Source of the DNA: Candidatus Cryosericum sp.
GTDB lineage: Bacteria > Caldisericota > Caldisericia > Cryosericales > Cryosericaceae
Assembly (NCBI GenBank): GCA_049699855.1
Contig: JBNAWM010000003.1
Span: forward strand, 1 to 46,045
Reading direction: 5' to 3'
Length of the DNA: 46,045 nt
Positions within the stretch are counted from its first letter, which is position 1. Each line of letters starts with the position of its first letter. The notes beneath the pieces were generated by a model. The model was given only the letters and a program-made list of their open reading frames with translations. It made no database searches and was not told the origin of the DNA. Both the position numbers and the translations under genes were made by a program. Below are positions 35,505-43,574 of the stretch, one piece after another.

Positions 35505-36173
35505 ATGAGCAGCAGGAAGAAGCCGACAAAACTCAGCAGGGTCCAGGAACTCCAGAAGAAGTACCCGGGCCACAAGCCGATTCCGCCAAGCACGCGGACA
35601 GTTGTCATCACGCTGGCCGCCACGGTCATCCTGTGTTTGCTCATTGTGTTCGTTTTTTTCAGGCAGCCTGCCTCAAGCGTTCAGCCGTTGGGCAAGAAAA
35701 CCGTTGCTCTCGAGACGAGTATGGGGACCATCACGCTTGAGCTGGATGGCGACAAGGCTCCCAGAACCGTCGCCCAGTTCCTTGCAAATGTTACGGCCGG
35801 CAAGTACGACGGCCTCACCTTTCATCGCGTGGTGAAGGGTTTCATGATTCAGGGTGGTGACCCCAAGGGTGATGGCACCGGTGGGAGTGAGATTCCCTTT
35901 GAGAATACCGGCATCAGTCATGTCCGTGGTGTCATCTCGATGGCATCTTCTCAGGCGGGAGTCACCCAGTCCGACATGCAATTCTTCATCATGCAGGGAG
36001 ATGCAACCTCACTGGACGGCAAGTACGCTTCGTTCGGAAAGGTCATCGCTGGCATGGACGTTGTCGACAAGATAGCCAATGTCCCAGTCGACGAGAACCC
36101 GTCCATCCCCGGGGAGATGTCCTCTCCGCGCACCAAGGTCACCATCATTCGAGCAGTCGAAGTCTCAAACTAG
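35505..36173 (+). CDS. Cyclophilin-type peptidyl-prolyl isomerase with N-terminal membrane anchor
   Basis: YDGLTFHRVVKGFMIQGGDP, QFFI, LDGKYASFGKV; TM helix near the N-terminus. Confidence 0.9.
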   Translation: MSSRKKPTKLSRVQELQKKYPGHKPIPPSTRTVVITLAATVILCLLIVFVFFRQPASSVQPLGKKTVALETSMGTITLELDGDKAPRTVAQFLANVTAGKYDGLTFHRVVKGFMIQGGDPKGDGTGGSEIPFENTGISHVRGVISMASSQAGVTQSDMQFFIMQGDATSLDGKYASFGKVIAGMDVVDKIANVPVDENPSIPGEMSSPRTKVTIIRAVEVSN

Positions 36174-36182
36174 GAGTCCGGA

Positions 36183-36668
36183 ATGGAGACGAAGAACAGG
36201 ATAGTCCGCATGGAGACGTCAAAGGGCGTCATGAAGCTTGAACTGTTTTCAACTCGAGCACCCCAGACTGTGGAGCGGTTCATGGCAGCTGTAAACGCAG
36301 GCAAGTATGATGGCCTGACGTTTCATCGCATCATCAAGGACTTCATGGTCCAGGGCGGCGACCCGCAGGGCACTGGCACTGGAGGCGGCAGCGTGAAATT
36401 CGAGGGCTCGGACGTCAAGCATGTGCCCGGTGTCATCAGTATGGCTGCTCAGCAGGCACGCGTTGATCAGTCTGACATGCAGTTCTTCATCATGACAGGT
36501 ACAGCCGATCAGCTGGATGGAAATTACACGGCATTCGGTCATGTCACTGAAGGCATGGATGTCCTGTCGGCAATTGCCGCTACGCCGGTAGGCGCTGCAC
36601 CGTGGGGTGAGCGTTCGCGACCGCTGGAGGACGTCCACATCATCAAGGTGTCGGAGGTTGTCGACTAG
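36183..36668 (+). CDS. Cyclophilin-type peptidyl-prolyl isomerase (soluble)
   Basis: FHRIIKDFMVQGGDP, QFFI, LDGNYTAFG. Confidence 0.9.
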   Translation: METKNRIVRMETSKGVMKLELFSTRAPQTVERFMAAVNAGKYDGLTFHRIIKDFMVQGGDPQGTGTGGGSVKFEGSDVKHVPGVISMAAQQARVDQSDMQFFIMTGTADQLDGNYTAFGHVTEGMDVLSAIAATPVGAAPWGERSRPLEDVHIIKVSEVVD

Positions 36669-36676
36669 GAGGCTCC

Positions 36677-37519
36677 ATGGCTCTTCAGATTGTAACGGAT
36701 TCTACAAGTTGCTTGCCGGATGGTTTTGCAGAACAGCATCATCTACCGGTTGTTCCGCTCAAGGTATCGGTCGACGGGGTTTTCTATCGCGAGTTTGAGG
36801 AGATATCTCCTGACGCGTTCTATGCGAAGGAGAAAGCGGGAGCGAAAGTCGGTACGACACAGCCTGCCCCCGAGGACTTCATCGCTGTGTACTCACGAAT
36901 TCTGGCTGATCCTGAGGGCGAGGTATTGAGCATTCACCTCTCCGCTGCGATGAGCGGAACACTGAACAGCGCCTATATTGCTGCTGAACAGACTGATCCG
37001 GGGCGCGTGCACTTCTATGATGTGCGCACGATCGGGCCAGGCTTTGGTCTCATGGTCATGAATGCCGTCAAGATGGCAGAGAAGGGCGCAAGTGTTCATG
37101 ATGTGACAGCCATGCTCGATGAGATGCAAGCGCGCACGCATATCTACTTTCTTGTTGGTACCATGAAGTATCTCATCGAGGGTGGACGCGTCGGAAAGGC
37201 GGCGGGTGTGGCCGCAAGCATCCTGCAGATCAAGCCGATTCTCACTGTGCGAGATGGCATTGTGGATGTCTACGAACGCCCGCGCACGATGCGTGCAGCG
37301 CGGGATCGTCTGTGTGCTGTTGTGGATCAGGCGGTCGTACGGGGAATCGAACACATAGGGTTTCACTATACCGCGAACAGGGCTGAGGTGGAGGCCATGC
37401 AATCAGAATTTACGCGGCGAACGGGCATTCCTTCTGCTCTCGGTCAGCTGGGACCTGTCGTTGGGTGTCACACTGGCCCAGAGACGCTGGGAATCGTGAT
37501 CGTGGAACGGGCATCCTGA
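36677..37519 (+). CDS. DegV/FakB family protein
   Basis: IVTDST, TTQP, HLSAAMSGT, GGRVG, IKPIL, GCHTGP. Confidence 0.92.
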   Translation: MALQIVTDSTSCLPDGFAEQHHLPVVPLKVSVDGVFYREFEEISPDAFYAKEKAGAKVGTTQPAPEDFIAVYSRILADPEGEVLSIHLSAAMSGTLNSAYIAAEQTDPGRVHFYDVRTIGPGFGLMVMNAVKMAEKGASVHDVTAMLDEMQARTHIYFLVGTMKYLIEGGRVGKAAGVAASILQIKPILTVRDGIVDVYERPRTMRAARDRLCAVVDQAVVRGIEHIGFHYTANRAEVEAMQSEFTRRTGIPSALGQLGPVVGCHTGPETLGIVIVERAS

Positions 37520-37582
37520 GCCTATGGATTGTCGGAGATTGAGGCCGTTCGGGAAGAGCGCGATAGGCGGGGACAGCGGCCA

Positions 37583-39331
37583 GTGAGCGTCCATATCGTC
37601 ACTGACTCAACCAGTTATCTTACGCCTGGCGCGGTCAGCGAGGGCGAACTGGCTGTCGTTCCGGTCAAAGTTTCGCTCAATGAAGTCTTCTACCGCGAGT
37701 TCTCCGAGATTTCGCCCGACGAGTTTTACGCACAGCAGGCAGCCGGAGCAAAGTACACGACAACGCAACCAAGCCCTGAAGACTTCATGGGAGTGTATGC
37801 GAGGTTGACGGAGGATCCCCAGGATCAAGTCTTGAGCATTCACTTGTCGTCCAAGGTGAGTGGAACCCTCAACAGCGCGTATCTTGCCGCTCAGCAGATC
37901 GATCCAGGGCGCATTCATCTGTATGATTCATTGACGTCCGGGTTGGGGTTGGGATTCATGGTCATGGAAGCAGTCAGACTTGCGACCGACGGGATGAATA
38001 TCAACGGCATTGTCAAAGCCCTGGACGCCATGCGCGAACGAATCCACATTTACTTCCTTCTCGGCACGACGAAGTATCTTGTCAAGAGCGGGCGGATCAA
38101 CAAGGCAATCGGGGTCGCTGCCAACATCCTGCAGATCAAGCCGATTCTGACCGTGCGCAATGGGCTGATCGAAATGTATGACAAGCCGCGCACCATGGGC
38201 GTGGCGCTGGAGAGATTGAGGGCTCTTGTTGCGGAGGCGGTTGCCAAGGGTGTTGACCGCGTCGGTTTTCACTATGTCAGCGACAGGCTGCCGGTGGAGA
38301 GGATGCAGAGGGAGCTGATGGCGACCGCCGGAATTCCATCGGTGATCACGCAGCTGGGACCGGGCGTGGGCTGCCACATGGGGCCCGAGACAGTAGCGGT
38401 CGTGCTCCTGGACCGGGCGATTGAGCAGAAGGCGGAACCTCAGCCTGCAGCAAGCAGCAGCGGAGATCAGACGAGAGAGGGGTCACACATGCTCATCCAT
38501 ATCGTAACCGATTCGACCAGCTATCTGCCTGAGGGGTTTGCCACTCAGCATGGTATTGACATCGTTCCGCTCAAGATTACGGTCGATGGGGTCCTGCATC
38601 GCGAGTTTGTCGACATCGATTCGGACCAGTTTTATCAGAGGCAGAGCGCAGGAGCGAAGGCTGTGACCTCTCAGCCGGGGCCGGAGGACTTCGTGGCTCT
38701 CTACAAGAGGCTGCTGGCAAGCTCAGATGATGAGGTCCTTGGCGTTCATATTTCCAGCCTGATGAGCGGAACCCTCAACAGCGCGAATGCCGCGGCGGCG
38801 ATCGCAGGAACCCAGAGAGTGAGACTTTATGACAGCAAAATGGCTGGACTGGGATTGGGATTCATGGTGATGGAAGCAGTTCGGCTGGCCGAAGAGGGTG
38901 CGTCGGCAAGTGAGATTGTGGCAGCCCTCGATGCAATGCAGGCGCGCATTCACGTCTATTTCCTGGTTGGGACTCTCGATTACCTGGTAGCAGGAGCTCG
39001 CATCGGCAAAGCGGCAGGGGTCGCAGGCAGCATCCTGCAGATCAAGCCGATCCTCACTATCAAGGATGGTCTCATTGATGTATATGACAGACCAAGGACC
39101 ATGCGGGTTGCAAGGGATCGCATCTGGAAGCTGATTGATGAAGCGGCGGCGCGAGGCATTGAGCAGATAGGATTTCACTATGCCGGGAACAAGGCAGAAG
39201 TGGAGGCTCTTCAGCAGGACTTCGAACGCCGGACCGGAATGCCATCGCTGCTCAGTCAGCTGGGACCAGTCGTCGGGGGAAACACAGGGCCCGATACGCT
39301 GGGCGTTGTGATTGTGGAGAAAGCCAGATAA
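37583..39331 (+). CDS. Tandem double-DegV fusion (second unit begins at ATG 38489)
   Basis: Two complete DegV units (HIVTDSTSYL twice) in one ORF with a ~20-aa linker; start at GTG 37583 inferred from paralogs. Confidence 0.85.
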   Translation: MSVHIVTDSTSYLTPGAVSEGELAVVPVKVSLNEVFYREFSEISPDEFYAQQAAGAKYTTTQPSPEDFMGVYARLTEDPQDQVLSIHLSSKVSGTLNSAYLAAQQIDPGRIHLYDSLTSGLGLGFMVMEAVRLATDGMNINGIVKALDAMRERIHIYFLLGTTKYLVKSGRINKAIGVAANILQIKPILTVRNGLIEMYDKPRTMGVALERLRALVAEAVAKGVDRVGFHYVSDRLPVERMQRELMATAGIPSVITQLGPGVGCHMGPETVAVVLLDRAIEQKAEPQPAASSSGDQTREGSHMLIHIVTDSTSYLPEGFATQHGIDIVPLKITVDGVLHREFVDIDSDQFYQRQSAGAKAVTSQPGPEDFVALYKRLLASSDDEVLGVHISSLMSGTLNSANAAAAIAGTQRVRLYDSKMAGLGLGFMVMEAVRLAEEGASASEIVAALDAMQARIHVYFLVGTLDYLVAGARIGKAAGVAGSILQIKPILTIKDGLIDVYDRPRTMRVARDRIWKLIDEAAARGIEQIGFHYAGNKAEVEALQQDFERRTGMPSLLSQLGPVVGGNTGPDTLGVVIVEKAR

Positions 39332-39409
39332 AATAGGACAGGTCCGGGTTTGCCCCGGCGATTGCTGAGAGAAGGGCAGTCGCGAAGACAGCCGGAGAGG
39401 GAGTAGACA

Positions 39410-40258
39410 ATGGCAATCCATATTGTTACCGATAGCACGGCCGCTCTTCCAGATGGGTATGCCGGCCAGCACGGCGTAACCGTTGTTCCACTCAAGGTAT
39501 CGCTGGACGGGGAGTACTTCCGGGACGGAATCGACATTTCCAACGATGAGTTTTATCGGCGTTTGGTGGCCGGTTCAAAGGCGGGCAGCACTCAGCCATC
39601 GCCCGAAGAGTTTGCTTCAGCGTATCGTGCCATCCTGGAAAAGGACCCCGAAGGCGACATTGTCTCAATCCACATCAGTTCGCGGATGTCGGGCACGCTC
39701 AATGCAGCTCTGACGGGACGCAATCAGCTGGACACAATCCATGTCCGCTTTGTGGACACTTGGAATGCAGCACTTGGTGTGGGGTTTCCCGTGATGCGGG
39801 CCGTGGAACTTGCTGAAACGGGGGCACCCCTGTGGCAGGTGATGGCCGAGGTGGAGGCACTGTGCCTGAGAACGCATACATACTTTGTCCTTGACTCTCT
39901 CACCTACCTGGAGAGAGGCGGACGCATTGCGAAAGCCGCCGCAATCGCTGCCAGCATCTTGAAAATCAAGCCAGTGCTGACGTATATAGAAGGCGTGGTT
40001 GATGTGGTCGACCGCCCCCGGACCAAGAAAGTGGCGCTGGAGCATCTTTGGGCGATTATTGAGAAGCACGTGCAGAAAGGTATCGAGTACGTGGGCTTCC
40101 AGTATGGCTCAAATCTCGCCGAGGTCGAGGAGTTTCAGCGTGCGTTCACGTCCAGATTCAACCTTCCGAGCATCCTGACCCAGCTCGGTCCGGTCGTGGG
40201 CACATACTCGGGACCTGACATGATAGGCGTTGTCATTGTCGAGAAGAAGGCAGCTTAG
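39410..40258 (+). CDS. DegV/FakB family protein
   Basis: IHIVTDST, STQPSP, HISSRMSGT, GGRI, IKPVL. Confidence 0.92.
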   Translation: MAIHIVTDSTAALPDGYAGQHGVTVVPLKVSLDGEYFRDGIDISNDEFYRRLVAGSKAGSTQPSPEEFASAYRAILEKDPEGDIVSIHISSRMSGTLNAALTGRNQLDTIHVRFVDTWNAALGVGFPVMRAVELAETGAPLWQVMAEVEALCLRTHTYFVLDSLTYLERGGRIAKAAAIAASILKIKPVLTYIEGVVDVVDRPRTKKVALEHLWAIIEKHVQKGIEYVGFQYGSNLAEVEEFQRAFTSRFNLPSILTQLGPVVGTYSGPDMIGVVIVEKKAA

Positions 40259-40264
40259 AAGAAG

Positions 40265-41581
40265 ATGGCAAGCGCGATAACGTTCGCCATCGCCTCGCTG
40301 AGCGACTGGTTTGGCGCCAAGCGTGCCGCCATGGCGCTTTTTGCCCGCTCGCCTCTATCGGACTACGCCTCATGGTGGGGAGCTGTTGGCCTGATGCAGA
40401 ACGGCAGGCACGAGAACGCGCGGGATCTTCTGGAGCAAGCTCATGCCAGTCACCCCGAATGGAAGCGTACCAAGCGCTTGCTGGCGACTCTCTATGTGCG
40501 CGAAGACCCTGAACGTGCGGTGGAGCTGTACAACCCGCCGACGGGTATCTGGGAGGAACTGACTCTTGGTGACCTGCTGTACTTCTTTCTCGGGCGTGAG
40601 GATGAGGGCATACAATGGTGGCGGAGGGCATTTGCGCAGATAGACTGGGATACCGCTCGCGAGCTTGACAATCCTGCACGGCTTCTCCTCAAGAGACTGT
40701 GCCGGGTGACCAATGATCCCGAACTGCTCGAGCGGTTTGTGGAACTGGATACCGACAACGTTCGCCAGCGTGACATCGCTGATTATGCAAAGCTGCTTGC
40801 CTCCCGCGGTGAAGCAGACAAGGCAAGAGAAATGCTTGATCGAGGTTTCTACATCTATCGTGGAGATCCTCAATTGAGAGCGTGCTGGGCAGAACTTGGC
40901 TTTGGCCAGCTTCCCTCCTATCCGGCAAAGTCCTCCAAGACATCGGCTGTTCGTCACAACGTCTACACTGGACTGCTTACGGAAGCGAGCGATCTTGCCG
41001 CAATTGTGAACAGGGTGCACGATGAGTATCCGTCCGGGGTGATTACCATTGCTAGCAGCGTGATGACGATGTGTGAGGGTACACTGCTGTGGATCGGCAC
41101 ATTCAGACCGTCGCGTTTGGCGCGGTTTCTGGGACCGTACACGGGGCATGGCAGCGGCCCTTTTGTTCATTGGTACAGCTATCCCAATGAGGCGGCCTGG
41201 AAGGTGCAGGCCTATATTGAACTGGCTGGCACGTGCCGTGTTCTCCTCGGAACCGTCGCTGCCCTGGTGGGCAAATTGGTGCATCAGAGAGGGTGGTTCT
41301 ACATGATTGTCGGGAGCGTGGCCAAGGCGGTCGACAGTGACAAGGTCATGCCCTACGATGCCTGTCTTGTCCCTGGACCTCTTGATGTGAAGAGAAGTGT
41401 GACCGCGCTTGCCGCAAAGGGCGCGCGCATCAGTGTCGTCGATGTCAATGACGTCAACGGTGCCGAGATCGTGGCCTCTACAGGGAGCGTGGACCAGAGC
41501 TGGTTGAAGCGGTCACTGGAGGACAATCCAGCGGGCAACGACGACTCCATGACGCCTATCGTCGTGGTCATGCCGGAGTGA
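40265..41581 (+). CDS. TPR-like N-terminus fused to a CofE/F420-0:gamma-glutamyl ligase-like C-terminal domain
   Basis: Helical repeats at the N-terminus; C-terminal GWFY...VPGP...VVDVND...DNPAGNDDSMTPIVVV resembles bacterial CofE-like proteins. Confidence 0.6.
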   Translation: MASAITFAIASLSDWFGAKRAAMALFARSPLSDYASWWGAVGLMQNGRHENARDLLEQAHASHPEWKRTKRLLATLYVREDPERAVELYNPPTGIWEELTLGDLLYFFLGREDEGIQWWRRAFAQIDWDTARELDNPARLLLKRLCRVTNDPELLERFVELDTDNVRQRDIADYAKLLASRGEADKAREMLDRGFYIYRGDPQLRACWAELGFGQLPSYPAKSSKTSAVRHNVYTGLLTEASDLAAIVNRVHDEYPSGVITIASSVMTMCEGTLLWIGTFRPSRLARFLGPYTGHGSGPFVHWYSYPNEAAWKVQAYIELAGTCRVLLGTVAALVGKLVHQRGWFYMIVGSVAKAVDSDKVMPYDACLVPGPLDVKRSVTALAAKGARISVVDVNDVNGAEIVASTGSVDQSWLKRSLEDNPAGNDDSMTPIVVVMPE

Positions 41582-41596
41582 TCCCTGCGCAGGCGG

Positions 41597-42103
41597 TCAG
41601 TTGGTGACTGGGCTGCTCGGCAGAATGCCTGCGTAGACGGCAAGCTGGGTTGCCTGCGTCGTTGTCCCGCTGGACGCGATAGGAGTCACAACGAGTACCA
41701 CAAGAGATCCCTTGCTGTATCCCTCGGCGACGGACGTGTCTCCAAAACTGTTGTTCTGAGTATCACCCGCAAAACCCTGCTGTCGAAGCCAACTGTCTAT
41801 ACCGACGGCGTCATCGGAGGTGGCTGGGCTGACAACACTGACAACGCCCGAGAGGGTGAGCTTGATTGGTTCGTTCTGACCATTGGCAACGTACCAGTCA
41901 AAACTGCTGGGTACCGACACTGAGAATTTGAGACTGCTGTTGGTCTTCAGGTCGCTGAGAAGCTGACGCGCTGGCGCGAGATCGATGGATGGAGTCTGTG
42001 TACCTGCCTGCTGCCCTCCGTGTCCCAGCATATACCATGCGATACCTGCGGCCACAATTAGGATGACAAGCAGTACAGCCAATATTTTGATAACAGTTTT
42101 CAT
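41597..42103 (-). CDS. Hypothetical exported/membrane-anchored protein
   Basis: MK + hydrophobic N-terminus; GGAGG SD; TGGTACAAT extended -10 at 42142-42150. Confidence 0.7.
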   Translation of the reverse strand: MKTVIKILAVLLVILIVAAGIAWYMLGHGGQQAGTQTPSIDLAPARQLLSDLKTNSSLKFSVSVPSSFDWYVANGQNEPIKLTLSGVVSVVSPATSDDAVGIDSWLRQQGFAGDTQNNSFGDTSVAEGYSKGSLVVLVVTPIASSGTTTQATQLAVYAGILPSSPVTN

Positions 42104-42228
42104 ACAGCAGGACCTCCGTAATCACATCGAATGAATAGTTCATTGTACCACAACGGCTTCTGCTTCAATCCCGCAAAAGAGATTGCAGGTCGGAGGGATC
42201 TGGACGCGTTCGACGGTTTGTCGGGCGA

Positions 42229-42256
42229 TTGCATTTTCCACCAGGTGACATAGCAT
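42229..42256 (+). promoter_or_regulatory. Putative promoter TTGCAT-N16-TAGCAT
   Basis: 38 nt upstream of ORF 42295. Confidence 0.4.
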
Positions 42257-42294
42257 GTCTACGATAAAGAGCTGTCAAAGCCGGGGGTCAGCAC

Positions 42295-42951
42295 ATGCGG
42301 GTGGAAATGGCGTGGCGCGATGAACGAGTCAATGTGTTTGCTCTGAGCGGCGTGGGCATGGGCATGCGCCTGGAGCCCCAGTTGTTTGTCTGCAAGAAGC
42401 GTCCTGTAGGCCATCGAGGTCCGTTTGTCCTGGATCCCCGTCGGGGCCGACCAAGATTTCAGCTTTCCCAGCTGGGTGTTGAGGCTGAAGAACACGCTGC
42501 CAGAAGCCAGTTTCCGCTCGTGTACGTGGCTGAGGTAGACACCTACCTGCATATTCCAGTCGAATATGGAGTGTTTGCGGGGCTGTGCGCAGAAGGCTGG
42601 TTTGGTCTCTGGCATCCGTCTGCCCCACTTTCCTATTTCGACGATCTGCAAGACGGGTACCTTGCGCTGATGCGGGTCTCGCGACTTGATGCTGAAATCC
42701 CTGGAGAGGCACTTGAACACGGGCGGGCTGGAGCGAATTTCATTTACTATCTGGATCCGCCCGCGAACGTGCAGAAACTCCATCCCGTTCTCCGTCCCGA
42801 CGTGTATGAACGCCGCAAGGATGAGCTCATGGCTTTCCTGAGTGACCATGGCTGGCTTCTGGGTGAGGAAGGCCCCTCGGCGTCAGGAGAGCTGGAGACC
42901 GAAAGTCTGTTCGATGCATGGGAGCTTCCTGAACCACGAACTCGAGAGTAA
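42295..42951 (+). CDS. Hypothetical protein (start uncertain)
   Basis: 218-aa ORF with protein-like composition that fills the gap; upstream promoter candidate. Confidence 0.6.
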   Translation: MRVEMAWRDERVNVFALSGVGMGMRLEPQLFVCKKRPVGHRGPFVLDPRRGRPRFQLSQLGVEAEEHAARSQFPLVYVAEVDTYLHIPVEYGVFAGLCAEGWFGLWHPSAPLSYFDDLQDGYLALMRVSRLDAEIPGEALEHGRAGANFIYYLDPPANVQKLHPVLRPDVYERRKDELMAFLSDHGWLLGEEGPSASGELETESLFDAWELPEPRTRE

Positions 42952-43004
42952 GATAGTGTGACCATCGCGGGGGCTCAGATACCCTGCTAGTGCGGTTTTG
43001 CTGC

Positions 43005-43400
43005 CTACCTGACTGTCACTGTAATGGTCTTGGTTTGTGCTGGAGGAACGCTCTCCCAGGGACGGGCGTAGGATAACGTGATCGTGGTCGTTCCCTTGCC
43101 GACAGCCTTGAAGGTGAAGGTGTCGGTCCCGCCGCCGCCTACGACCTGTGGGTCGCGGGGCGTTACCTCGTAGGCATGCGTCACATACACCACAATGTTC
43201 GGCTCGCTCACGGTCTGGCTCCAAGTGTATCCGGTGGTGGCATTTGCGTCAAGAGTAATGGTGAAAGTCTTTCCAACGGTTGTCTCGTAGGTATCACCGG
43301 TGATCTTGTCTCCTCCGGAGGCACGATTCAGCGCCGCAGTGATGACTCCAGCTGCAACGAGCAGGACAACTACGGCAACAGCCAGCGTTCTCGTCTTCAC
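43005..43400 (-). CDS. Chagasin-family (I42) cysteine protease inhibitor, exported
   Basis: NATTGYTW, VGGGG and YARPWE loops; GTG start with AGGAG SD; signal-like N-terminus. Confidence 0.88.
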   Translation of the reverse strand: MKTRTLAVAVVVLLVAAGVITAALNRASGGDKITGDTYETTVGKTFTITLDANATTGYTWSQTVSEPNIVVYVTHAYEVTPRDPQVVGGGGTDTFTFKAVGKGTTTITLSYARPWESVPPAQTKTITVTVR

Positions 43401-43574
43401 AAGCTCATCTCCTGTGCTTTGGGATTGGTGTTCGTGTGCAACTCTAGGACGAAGGAGATGCGCCGGCGGTTCCCGGTTTACCATCGGACCGAGGGCTGTT
43501 CGTTTGGCTGCAATGATGTAGAATGTTCAAGTAACAAATACGGCCCACGGGCCAGCATTGGCGGAGGCGTAGAT

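Noticed and set aside
43176..43574. 133-aa N-terminal extension of PEPCK in the ORF track
   Set aside because: Overlaps the chagasin gene on the other strand; ATG 43575 has a good SD
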